Shown: positions 11,627-23,811 of the stretch, one piece after another
Position numbering within the stretch: the first letter of the stretch is position 1
Layout: every line of letters begins with the position of its first letter
From: Tubulanus polymorphus
Lineage: Eukaryota; Animalia; Nemertea
Direction: 5' to 3'
Assembly (NCBI RefSeq): GCF_964204645.1
Contig: NC_134031.1
Coordinates: 21,327,110 to 21,359,816, forward strand
DNA: 32,707 nucleotides
Position numbers and translations under genes: made by a program
The notes under the pieces: generated by a model
What the model was told of the DNA's origin: nothing
Database searches by the model: none
Seen by the model: only the letters and a program-made list of their open reading frames with translations

Positions 11627-11677
11627 TAATCACGCGAATTTCAATAGGGTTTTCTGTGAAGCAACAGCAAACCCTAA
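11627..11677 (-). mobile_element. Terminal segment of HINE B1
   Basis: taatcacgcgaatttcaatagggttttctgtgaagcaacagcaaaccctaa matches the B2 end at about 27564-27614. Confidence 0.85.
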
Positions 11678-11689
11678 TAAAACTAAACA

Positions 11690-14600
11690 CATTTAGAGAA
11701 TAAATTGAAATTAGAATATGAAGATAGAATATGAAGATGATATATTAGAAACTAAATTAGATGAATTAAAGAATGAAAAAGAAATATATATATATATATA
11801 TGTGATACGTGTAATCAATCATTCAGTGGTAAAAGATATTATAAAGAACATTTAAAATCTAAAAGTCATATTAGAAATATGAATAATGATATTTTAGGTG
11901 AAGATTATTTTGATAAAGATAATGATAAGAAACAGAAGACAATTAAAAGAATAGAAAATAAAATAAACAATAAAAGACCATACATGGAAGATGTAAGAAA
12001 TTATATTTATTCATTAGATAATAAAAAAGAAATAGAAATAACCGAAGCATTCAAAAGTGATATTGGACCATCTGCAATTGAATTTAAATTTCATAAAGGC
12101 AAAACATTGGAATAAAAAGCATTTAGAAAATATGAAAAATATTATAAAAATAATTACAGATGTTGAATACGCTAAAATTAGTATATCTTCTAAAGTTAAA
12201 TTTATAAAATCTGAAGATAAACCAATATATAATATAAATTCTCATTCACAACATATTGTATCTAAACAACGTATAGATGATAGATTAGATATATGTTATA
12301 ATGAAATAAAAACTAAAATAGAAGAGAAATATTTTGAAGGATCTGGTTTAATATTTGATGAAATAATATTTATGACTTTACATGTTTATAACAGAAAATA
12401 TAATAAGTTAACTAAATCAAAACCAATTGATGAAAATAATTTATCATATTATAAAGATGATAATATAAATGGATCAAGTTATATCAAATTACCATTTAAA
12501 ACAAATGCATTAATAAATGTACAAAATGAAGATGATAAATGTTTTCTATGGTCAATAATTAGTTGCTTATATCCAACAGAAGATATTACTCATAGTTTTA
12601 GATTAACACATTATAAACCATTTGAAAATAATTATAAGATGGATAATTATCCCGTTAGAATTAAAAATATCCCAAAAATAGAAAGAAAGAGATAATAATA
12701 TTAAGATAAATGTATTTGATTTAGTCAAAAAACCAAAAATAAAAGGTAACAATATTAAACATTATACATTAGAACCTTTGTATTTATCAAAAGATTATGA
12801 TTCGATTATGATATGAAATGATGTTATAGATATATTATATTATGAGAATCATTATATGTGGATAAAACGTATTGATTTATTTTTTAAATCAGAAAATGAT
12901 TTTGATAATAAAATATATCTATGTAGAAAATGTATAACTAAATTCAGATCTGAAAGTGCATTATTAAATCATAAACAATTATGTGAAAATCATGATTATT
13001 GTAAAATAGTTTTACCAAATGAAAAGGATAAAGTATTAGAATTCAAAAAATATAATTACAAGAATAAAGTACCATTTGTAATATATGGAGATTTTGAATC
13101 ACTCAATAAAGAATTAATTGATCAAGATAGAAAAGAAATATATCATAAAAGAAAGAAATTAAATTCTAATGAAAATGATATAATTGATTATTCAGATCCT
13201 CTAATAACAAATACTATTAAACAGATTCATCAATCAGCTGCAGCTTTTGGGTTATATATAAAATCTGATTATCCGGAACTAATTATAAGTGAATATTATA
13301 ATTACAGAAATGAAAATGTTATCAATCATTTTTATGACTTATTAATTGAATAGGAAATCAAATTTAGTAAACTATTAAATGAAAATAAAGAAATAATTAT
13401 GACAGAAGATAAAGAAGAATTTGAGTTTGCAGATAAATGTTTTTATTGTGAAAAGATATTTAATTATAAAAAAGTATGAGACCATGATCATTTGAATGGA
13501 AAGTTTAGAGGCGCAGCACATGAGAATTGTAACTTACAAGCTAAGAAAATTAACTTTGTTCCAGTAATGTTTCATAATATCGGGGTATGATGCTCATTTA
13601 TTCATCAAGCAACTATGCCATAAAAGAGAAGAAATCAATAATGAAATAGAAAGAGTAAATTCATATAGATCAAAAGATAAAATACCAACTTATAAATTTA
13701 AAAAGGCAGCTAAAACATCTGAGAATTATATATCTTTCCAATTTGGGTGTTTAAGATTCATAGATTCATATAGATTTTTAAGTGTTCATTAGATAATTTA
13801 TCAAAATCATTAGTTGATGATGAATTAAAGATATTAAAGCAACACTATCCAAATAATGATGATTTTCAATTAGTGAGATATAAAGCAATAATTCCATATT
13901 CATTTTATAAATCACATAATGATTTCAATATAACTGAATTATTAAAAGAAAAATTCTATGATGAATTAAAAAATGAATATGTTAAAGATGAAGTATATAA
14001 TAGAACATTGAATATTTGGAATCATTTTGGAATAAAAAATATCATGGACAATTAGTAGATTTATATCTAAAATCAGATGTATTATTATTAACTGATATAT
14101 TTGAAAGGTTTAGAAATGTAAATCTAAAATATTTTAATATTGATCCATGTCATTGTTATTCTAGTCCAGGTTTAACTTGGGATTGTGGATTAAAATTTAC
14201 AGATATAAAAATGGATTTATTAACGAATATAGATCAATTATTATTATTTGAAAAATCTATAAGAGGAGGAGTTTCGGGTGTATTAGGCGATAGATATTTC
14301 AATGTAAATGATAACCTTGGATATAAGTTATTATAAATAGATGCAAATAATCTATATGGTTGGGCAATGATGGAACCTCAACCTTATGGAGTATTTGAAA
14401 TAAGTTAAGTTTTACAACATGAAAATAATGATAAATTTGATTGGAAGAAAAGAATTCTAGATATTGCAGATGATTCAGATACTGGTTACTTTTTCGTTGT
14501 AGATTTAGAATATCCTGAAGATAAAAAATTTAAATCTAGAAATCAAGCTTACTGTCCCGAACATATAACTGTAACACATGAAGAATTATCAAATTATCAA

Positions 14601-15578
14601 AAAAGAATTAAACCTGAAAATCATATTCATACAGAAAAGTTAATGGTAACTCAGGAAGATAAATATAATTATGTAGTACATTATAGAATGTTGAAATTTT
14701 ATTTGAATCAAGGAATGGTTCTAAAAAAAGTGCATAGATATATTTCATTCAGTCAATCTAAATGGTTAGAAAAATATATAGATTTTAACACCAAACAGAG
14801 AACTAAAGCTAAAACTGATTTCGAGAAAGATTTCTTCAAGTTAATGAATAATGCATTCTATGGTAAGACTTGTGAAAATATTAGAAATAGAAATGATATT
14901 GAGTTCTAAGTTAATAATGGAAAAAGAATTAGACATTTACAAACATATCCTAAATTCATTGGTAACAGAATATTTGATAAAAATTTAGCTGCAGTTAAAC
15001 TGAGGAGAACTTCTATGAAATTTAATAAACCAATTTATGTTGGTGCTTCAGTTTTAGAAATATCAAAACTATTAATGTATGAATTCTATTATAACGTATT
15101 ACAACCTCACTTTGGAGAAAAGCATATAGAAATCTTATATTTTGATACAGATTCTTACATATTAAAGATTAAAACTAATAACATAACAGATGATTTAAAA
15201 ACATTAAAACATCATTTTGATCATGAATTGTTTAGCAATGATAATAAAAAGGTGCCCGGTAAATTCAAAGATGAATTAGGAGGTGAAGAAATGATAGAAT
15301 TTATAGGCATCAGGTCTAAAATGTATAGTAATACAACTAAAACTCATGAAGCTAAAAAGTTAAAAGGAATTACCAAAAGCGTAGTATAAAAGAATATTCA
15401 TTTCAAAGATTACATCAATTGCATATTTAATGAAGAAGTTAGAAAACATAAGATTAAATGTTTAAGATCTGAGTACCGCGAGATGTTTATTGAAGAAATT
15501 GAAAAGGTTAGTTTAAATCCTTTCGATGATAAAAGATGTATTTTAGATGATGGAATTCATACAGTTGCTAATGGTTGC
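11690..15578 (+). pseudogene. polB: Protein-primed family B DNA polymerase (main part), multiple stops and frameshifts; start approximate
   Basis: N-terminal C2H2 finger (CDTC...HLKSKSH, about 11801), NEDDKCFLWSI, ExoI YGDFES, endonuclease-VII-like insert (CFYC...DHDHLNGKFRGAAHENCN), Pol motifs IDANNLYGWAM (about 14337), KLMNNAFYGKT and YFDTDS, GKFKDE, RSKMY, and C-terminal FDDKR. Confidence 0.93.
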
Positions 15579-16195
15579 TGTACGGACAATTTATGTACTG
15601 TTGGCTATTATTTGTATGTGAGATATCTGACTTTTTCATTGTGAATTTCTATTCATATATTTGCCATAGCTTAGTATTTCAATATATTCTATCTGGTTTT
15701 TGTGTGTATTTGAACAGCTTTTAGGCCTTTAGAATTTGTTTCATTCAAGGTATTATGTTAATTCTGGTCATATGACCATTTCTGCATTTCTGCATTTCTG
15801 CATTTATTTGTCACTTGAATACTGGTGCTTGTACTGACAAGTTATAACTGGAAATGGCTCATAGACCTTTAAGAATTTCGGAGTCTAATATAGAATGTAG
15901 GGATTTTTATGGAGCCAAATATCACGGTATGTTTGTATTTTTATTCTTGTTATATTATGTACTTCAAAAGTGGTCTAAAATAGATTGCTGTTATTTAAGT
16001 GTAATTTAATTATCAGTTTGATGTGTTATGTAATTATATCATTGTTTACTGAAAGTTGGTATGATTTCTGTATTTTTCAGTAATCTTATGTCATCGAACA
16101 AACGAAACGGATATTAGAATATATACTGATTGATGATATACGAATTTACGTCTTGGCGTTAAATGATTGAAGTGATCCCTTTTTTGCAAAGAACA
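15579..16195 (+). repeat. 5' LTR (617 bp)
   Basis: tgtacggacaattt...gcaaagaaca; 5 substitutions seen by eye against the 3' LTR. Confidence 0.97.
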
Positions 16196-16215
16196 TTATT
16201 ACGTGATATGGTACT

Positions 16216-19200
16216 ATGGCGTCGAGCGACAATATTACTACCAAACCCAGACGAGATAGAAAGCTGACTGAGAGAGGGTTAGGATTCCAGAAAGATCTGA
16301 AGCTGAAAGAAAGAGATCAATTACAGAAGATTCTACAGAAAAGGTCGAGTGTTTTAAAGAAGGTTTTAGAAGATACTGACGCTGATTTCGGGAAACTGCA
16401 AACTGCCTACCAATTATGGGTCAATGATTATGATGCTTATTTGAACGCTAACGATGTGTATGTTAGTTTGCTGTCTGAAGAAGAAAAAAGAAATCATGCG
16501 TTGGTTACACACGTAGAAGATGATTTCTTCCGAAATACTAAGAGTCAAACAGAGAAACGACTGTTAGAGCTGTCATCCAAGTTATCATCTGTAAAACGAA
16601 GTGATAAGGAATCTCGAAGTTCGAGAAAATCCCGCTCATCTCACAGTTCCATATCAGCAGCCCAGTTGAAAGAAGAACAGAAGAAAGCTGAACTTAATGT
16701 GCAACTTCTCATGGTGAAAAAGAAACAGGCACTGGAACTGCGACGACTGCAATTGAAGCAGGAAGAAGAAGCTCTTGAATTGCAGACTCAAATTGATGTG
16801 ACCTATGCTAGAAGTGAGGCTATTAATCTCCTTGAACATGGGTCATGTGATATACTGAACACTAACAGGCCTGCGGTGTCTCTGAATCCTTGTGCTGCCG
16901 TTTTTAATCCGCATCCTAAAGGTGCTAATGATGCACCACGGCATGATGATGTAGAATCCAGATTATCAGCTGATCTGGATTCCATCGTAAAGCACATGAA
17001 GAAGCCGACCATTGATATAAAGAAGTCCGATGGTAACCCGTTGGAATTTAGGCGTTTTCTGCGCCAATTCAAGTCCCGTATCGTGGCGAATACTGATACT
17101 GATGATGAACGGCTTAATTTTTTGGAGCAGTATACAACGGGAACACCAAACAAGATTGTTGGGGGTTACAGTTACCTCGACTCTACAAGGGCTTATGAGG
17201 CAGCTTTAAAAGATTTAGATGAGAGATATGGTGATCCAGAAATAATAGCGAATGCATTCATCAAGAAAGCTGTTAATTGGCCGACGATAAAATCTGACAA
17301 CTGCAGAAGTTTGGATGATTTCTCAGTGTTTCTTATGGAGGTAGAAAACGCGGTCAGAGAAGTGAATGCATTGCAATTATTAGAGTATCCTGACAATATA
17401 CAGAAGCTTGTGAGTAAACTGCCATATAATTTGCAAGAAAGATGGAGATCAGTAGTCCAGTCCACAAAGGCAACTGGAAATCTCGTTTCACTCAACACAT
17501 TGGTCAGCTTTGTGAAGAATCTAGAAAAGCCAATGATCCGACCTATGGAAAAGAAATGATGATGATTCCTGTATCCAGTGGTATCAAGCAACAGGAACCA
17601 GCGATGAAGAGACCAGAAACTGTATCAGCCATCACTGTAAATGACAGATCTGCATTCTTTAATACCAATACTGATGAAAACCGCAGACAAACACATCTAG
17701 CACTGATGAAACCTTGTTTATATTGCAAGAGTGATCATATCTTGGCTGACTGCCAGGTGGTGGTGAAGATTCCTTATAAGGAAAGAATCTCCTTTTTGAT
17801 GAAGAACGGTTTATGTTGGGGATGTCTGAGGAATGGTCACCAAAGAAGGTTCTGCCGGGTGAAGCTAATCTGTGATAAATGCAGGAAGTTTCATCCTACA
17901 GTACTACATGATGATGATTATAGAAGGGAACCAGCACCATATAACAAAGATGACCATTCATCAAACACACAAGAGACCATAGAAATTGAAAGGAAGCTGT
18001 GTGGTGTTACTTTAGAAGATGTTGGTTTCTGCACTATGTCGATCATACCTGTCAAAGTGAAGTTGTCCGGTAGAACGAAAGAGGTCATCACTTATGCATT
18101 TCTAGACACTGGTAGCAGCGTCAACCTTTGTACCGAATCATTGAGGAAGAAATTGGCTGGATCTGGGAAAAAAGTTGACTTAAATCTGGATACAGTGACT
18201 TCAACTAGAAGATTAAACTCACAGTTACTGAATAACCTTGAAGTGACGCAGCTGGATGGCGGAGATATTGTAACACTACCAGTGATATACTCTATGGAGA
18301 AACTACCAGTAACCAGACACAGAATACCAACTGAGGAAGATATAAGAAAATGGCCTCATCTGATTGATGTCAAAATTCCTACAGTTGATGCGGATATTGG
18401 TCTACTAATTGGAGGAAATATTGCAGATGCGTATACTCCGTTTGAGTTTAGATCGGGCCCACCTGGGTCTCCACATGCCACAAGAACTAGGCTAGGTTGG
18501 ATTCCGTGGAATTTGACGCGGCATGAAGGTGATATGGTAAACAAGATTAGCTCTGCTGTAAATAGGCTGGAAAAGATGGTTCAAGAAAGTATAAACTTAG
18601 ATTTTCCAGAACGCTGTATAGACGAAAGACAGAACTGGTCAATTGAGGATCGAAAGTTTATGAAGATCATGGAAGAAGGAGTAACTATGGAGAAAGGCCA
18701 TTATCAATTACCTCTTCCATGGCGGAACAAGAATATACAGTTACCGAATAATTTTGAGCAGGCAAGACGGCAACTAGGAAGTCTGAAAAGTAAACTTCTG
18801 AAGAATGATAAACTGAGGAAAGATTACAATGTCTTCATGAATAATCTAACAGATAAAGATTATGCAATGAAAGTTCCTGATGACCAGTTACACGCCAATC
18901 AAGGCAGGACATGGTATATTCCTCATCATGGGGTTTATCATCCGAAAAAGCCGGAAAAAGTCAGAGTCGTCTTCAATTGTCCTGCAACGTATTTTGGCTA
19001 TTCGTTGAACGGTTTATTGTTGCAAGGACCCGATCTGACGAATAACTTGATCGGGGTTCTGATAAGATTTCGTCAGGACAAAGTGGCTTTGATGGCTGAC
19101 ATAGAGGCCATGTTTTACCAAGTAAGGATGAACCCTGATGATATTGACTGTCTGAGATATTTGTGGTGGCCCAATGGTGATGTCACGCAGGAACCAGTAG

Positions 19201-21926
19201 CGTATAGAATGTTAGTGCACCTGTTTGGTGCAGTATCGTCGCCTAGCTGCTCTAATTGGGCATTACGCCAAACAGCTGAAGATAATCGGAATTTGTACAA
19301 CGGAGAAGTTGTGGAAACGATACTCAATAACTTTTATGTTGATGATTGCCTAAAGTCGAGAAAAGACGATGGCAAGACATTGGATTTTGTCAAGAGTTTG
19401 AAGTCATTATGCGCGGAAGGAGGCTTTAACCTTACCAAATGCGTCAGTAATGATCGTGCAGTATTAGAAGGTTTGCTGGAACATGATGTTGCAAAATCCT
19501 GTCAAAAGGTAGATTTAGATTTGGGCCAGCTACCCACTGAACGAGCCCTTGGAGTAAACTGGAACGTTGATGATGACACATTTGGTTATAGGATTGTGTA
19601 GAGGAGGTCATCCGATACACGCAGGGGCATCCTGTCTACGATCAGTACTGTATATGATCCTCTTGGAATTGCAGTTCCATTTATCCTATCAGCGAAGGTA
19701 ATGTTACAAGATCTCTGCAGAGATAAGCTCGGTTGGGATGATGTGATATCAGAAAAGTATCAGAGATTATGGGCTGAATGGCAAAAGAACCTACCATTGC
19801 TAGAAAAGTTGAACGTATCCAGATGTTTCAAACCAGAATGGTTTGTTGGTAAGGAAGTATCCTGTCAGCTACACCATTTTAGTGACGCTAGTGAAATTGG
19901 GTATGGCACAGTATCTTACCTGAGGTTGGAAGATGAAAATGGTAACATCAACAGTAGTTTGGTTTTCGGTAAAAGTCGTGTCGCACCACTGAAGCAAATC
20001 ACTATTCCTAGAATGAAACTGACTGCAGCTGCTTTGGCGGTGAAGATAAATAATATGATTCTGAAAGAACTGGAGTATGATGTAACGGATGTCTGTTTCT
20101 GGACTGATAGTACTGCAGTTCTGAGATATATAGCTAATGACACTGCAAGATACCACACTTTTGTAGCAAATCGGGTGAATCAGATCCGAGAATGTACTCA
20201 AGTAGAACAGTGGAGACACATTGAGGGCAAAATGAATCCTGCAGATATAGCCAGTCGTGGACTATCATTTAAAGATGTTAGTTCTGGAAGAAGTGACCTT
20301 TGGTTAAATGGTCCATCGTTCCTCACCAAACCAGAATCTGAATGGCCAGAATTGATTAATTTGTCACCAGATTTCCCTGATGATGAAGAAGAGCTGAAAA
20401 CTGTGGCATCGATTCTTTCCAATGAGGAAGATTCAGTTTTGAAGATATACGATTATCATTCGAGTTGGTCAAGACTGAACAAATGTATCGCTTGGCTTCT
20501 ACGAGTCAAAGATTACTTGAGGTCACGTTTCGGTCATGGCTCAATGAACCACACATCACAACGAATTACGAAAGAAGAGATGGATCGTGCTGAAATGGCG
20601 ATAGTGAAGCATCTTCAGAACTCACACTTTCGACGTGAACTAGAAGCATTGAATGCAGGAAAATGTGTACCAGGAAACAGTTCCATTTCTCAATTAGATT
20701 CCATACTAGATGTTAATGGAATGATACGTGTCGGAGGTCGACTCAGAAGAGCGAATTTGGATTATGATGTAAGACATCCTTTATTGATACCAAAAGAAAC
20801 AAGAATTGGGAAATTGATGATCATAGTCATATCGCTGTTGGACATTTGGGAAAGAATGCTGTCTTGGTTAACTTGAGAAAACGGTTTTGGGTTCTTGGAG
20901 CAACTCAGAAAATTAAAAATGTAACCCGTCCATGCGTTTTGTGTCGGAGGTACAGTGGTAAAGTTTGCGAACAGAAGATGGCAGATTTACCTAGTGAGAG
21001 GTTAACACCAGATCAACCTGCCTTTACAAATACTGGAGTTGACTATTTTGGCCCTATAGAGGTGAAAAGAGGAAGAGGTACAATCAAAAGGTATGGAGTT
21101 GTATTTACATGTTTGAATAGTCGGGCAGTTCATCTCGAGATGTCATATTCCCTTGATACTGACTCATGCACTGAGAAGGTTTAAAGCAAGAAGAGGATCA
21201 GTGAAGTACATTCGATCGGACAATGGGACCAATTTTGTAGCGGCAAAACGTGAGCTTCAAGTCTGCATCAAGAAATGGAACACTGATAAAATCCATGAGA
21301 CGATGCTGCAACAAGATGTAAACTGGGAGATGAATCCGCCTGCTGCCAGTCATTTTGGAGGTGTGTGGGAGCGGATTATTCGCTCTGTAAGGAAAATTAT
21401 GTACTCATTGATTAAGGAGCAAGGGCTTCAACTCAACGATGAAAGTCTGTGTACACTGTTTTGCGAGGTAGAATCTATCCTGAATGGACGTCCGATTTCT
21501 ACTGTAAATAATGATGTCAATGATTTGGAACCATTAACACCAAATCATCTCTTATTGCTAGAACGTGGATCAACTTTTCCGCCTGTTGTTTTCGATGAGA
21601 ATGAAAAACGACGTTGGAGGCAAATACAGTACATTGCCGACTTATTTTGGAAACGATGGGTTTCCGAATATCTACCGACCCTTCAAGAACGTAGTAAATG
21701 GGTAAAAAACCGAAGGAATGTTATGGTAGAAGATATAGTGCTAGTAGTGGACAGCTGCGTTCGAAATTCATGGAAATTAGGACGTGTGATTGGTAGACGG
21801 GAGGATAAAAATGGTTATGTACGTTCTGTCACTGTGAAGACGAATGCGGGTACTATACGTCGTCCTGTTGATAAATTGTCTATGATTTTGGAATCAGATA
21901 TTGAAAAAGAAAAAAAATGTGAATAA
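16216..21926 (+). pseudogene. gag-pol: BEL/Pao gag-pol polyprotein, disrupted (frameshifts near 17520, 20825 and 21170; in-frame TAG at 19599-19601)
   Basis: Coiled-coil Gag and three Cys/His knuckles (CLYC..H..C, CWGC..H..C, CDKC..H..H); protease FLDTGS; RT YIPHHGV, ADIEAMF and YVDD; RNase H FSDAS, FWTDS and NPADIASRG; integrase CVLC, VDYFGP, SDNGTNF and GGVWER. Confidence 0.95.
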
Positions 21927-21942
21927 TTGAGTTCCCTCAATT

Positions 21943-21955
21943 ATGGGGGTGGGTA
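21943..21955 (+). other. Polypurine tract
   Basis: atgggggtgggta directly before the 3' LTR TG. Confidence 0.8.
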
Positions 21956-22572
21956 TGTACGGACAATTTATGTACTCTTGGCTATTATTTGTATGTGAGA
22001 TATCTGACTTTTTCATTGTGAATTTCTATTCATATATTTGCCATAGCTTAGTATTTCAATATATTCTATCTGGTTTTTGTGTGTATTTGAACAGCTTTTA
22101 GGCCTTTAGAATTTGTTTCATTCAAGGTATTATGTAAATTCTGGTCATATGACCATTTCTGCATTTCTGCATTTCTGCATTTATTTGTCACTTGAATACT
22201 GGTGCTTGTACTGACAAGTTATAACTGGAAATGGCTCATAGACCTTTAAGAATTTCGGAGTCTAATATAGAATGTAGGGATTTTTATGGAGCCAAATATC
22301 ACGGTATGTTTGTATTTTTATTCTTGTTATATTATGTACTTCAAAAGTGGTCTAAAATAGATTGCTGTTATTTAAGTGTAATTTAATTATTAGTTTGATG
22401 TGTTATGTAATTATATCATTGTTTACTGAAAGTTGGTATGATTTCTGTATTTTTCAGTAATCTTATGTCATCGAACAAACGAAACGGATATTAGAATATA
22501 TACTGATTGATGATATACGAATTTACATCTTGGCGTTAAATGATTGAAGGGATCCCTTTTTTGCAAAGAACA
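21956..22572 (+). repeat. 3' LTR (617 bp)
   Basis: Direct repeat of 15579-16195. Confidence 0.97.
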
Positions 22573-22577
22573 GTTGC

Positions 22578-22655
22578 AATTTAGAAGAATACTTAAAATT
22601 TAAAAGAGAAGAAACAAAAGAGAATGAGATTATGAAAAGTATTCTAACATGTTAA
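22578..22655 (+). pseudogene. polB: C-terminal 25 codons of pPolB, separated by the BEL insertion
   Basis: Removing the element and one TSD gives ...DDGIHTVANGC|NLEEYLKFKREETKENEIMKSILTC* in frame. Confidence 0.85.
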
Positions 22656-22685
22656 TCAAATTTTAATAAAAAATATGTTATTAAA

Positions 22686-23048
22686 ATGGAGAGTAAACAA
22701 GCACACAGTGAGAACAACAAATCATTTCTAGATAGAATGAAAGATACTACAAATGCCAAATCTGTAGATTATAAATTTAAGAAGTTAACAGAATTAACAA
22801 TTCATAGGAAATATCTAACTACAAATATTGATACAGTTATTAATAAATATGGAGATAAATTAGTTATCCACTTAGAATATGAAGGATTAAAGGGAAATAC
22901 ATATAAATTCAGAACATATTTACCAGATAGATTTCATAGATTATCTAGTGAAGATTTAGAAGAATTATGTTCTGGTGATTTCTATTTCATATATAAGGGT
23001 AAGAATGAAAAAGGGCACCATGAAATAGATTTCGAATTAAATATGTAA
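22686..23048 (+). CDS. Polinton small hypothetical protein (possibly OB-fold/ssDNA-binding)
   Basis: Intact 120-aa ORF tightly packed between polB and the penton gene. The FKKLTEL..KYG..YLPDRF pattern recalls small ORFs next to Polinton PolB genes. The fold is a guess. Confidence 0.6.
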   Translation: MESKQAHSENNKSFLDRMKDTTNAKSVDYKFKKLTELTIHRKYLTTNIDTVINKYGDKLVIHLEYEGLKGNTYKFRTYLPDRFHRLSSEDLEELCSGDFYFIYKGKNEKGHHEIDFELNM

Positions 23049-23053
23049 AATAA

Positions 23054-23811
23054 ATGGTAGAATTAAAAGAATACAGAATATTTGTTGATTCTAGAAGACT
23101 TACAAATTATAAATCTCATAAATTACTAGTACAATTAGATAGAGAATTTAAGAATTGTGTTGATTTAAAATTAGTAAATATTAGTTTATGTAATTCTTTT
23201 TATAATATATCAGATAAAAGTCTTGATTATAATGCTTTTATAATTCACGTTAAGAGAAATAATAAATGGTATCATCTATTTTTAAGACCAGGATTATATA
23301 ATTTAGAGACTTTAGCGCAAGAAATTGATAGAAAAGCTAAAACAAAAATGAGCGCAGCTGCTGGATTTGGAATTAAATTTTTAAAAAGTGAAAATAATAA
23401 TAAATTAAGAATAAAGTTAGCTTATGAAGAACAACACAAATTTATAGTAAGAAAACCATTAGCTAAACTGTTAGGAATTGCACCAAATAAACTTCATGCA
23501 AATGTTGATTCTACACCAAATATAATGCCTTTTACACATTTTTATATTTATTGCAATTTAAGTGATCCTACAAAAACATTTGAAGCAACTAAAGATACAA
23601 CTTGTAATTCTAGTTTATTGATATTTTACCACTAAAAAATGTTAAACAATTTGGAACTCAAATGAATTATAATTTAGCTGAATGTGATTTCAAACCATGC
23701 ATTCCTCAATTTAATAATTTTAGATTAGAAATTAGAAATCACAATCGATACTTAATTGATTTAAATAATTTCCCCGTGATATATGAATTAGTTATAAGAT
23801 GTAAAGAATAA
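23054..23811 (+). pseudogene. Minor capsid protein (penton-like), frameshift near 23625
   Basis: IFVDS, NSFYNI, PGLYN, LAKLLG and FYIYCNL motifs. Another frame continues PLKNVKQFG...FRLEIRNHNRYLIDLNNFPVIYELVIRCKE* to 23811, a typical single-jelly-roll penton C-terminus. Confidence 0.7.

Larger units (their letters stand above)
15579..22572 (+). mobile_element. Full-length BEL/Pao LTR retrotransposon
   Basis: TG..CA LTRs; 5-bp TSD GTTGC (15574-15578 and 22573-22577); PPT before the 3' LTR; gag-PR-RT-RH-IN order with BEL motifs. Confidence 0.97.

Noticed and set aside
4234-11703. Short ORFs within HINE copies, including the poly-Asn and poly-Tyr ORFs and the repeated MNNFRA.. and MLCFL.. ORFs
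   Set aside because: They recur only because the DNA is repeated. Frames are not preserved between copies, no domains are recognisable, and the homopolymers come from (AAT)n.
17442-17559. Programmed gag/pol frameshift
   Set aside because: The break lies within Gag, before the Zn knuckles. BEL elements usually have one ORF, and the copy has other lesions, so a mutation is more likely.
16654-20422. Minus-strand ORFs within the BEL element
   Set aside because: These are antisense shadows of gag-pol with no motifs.
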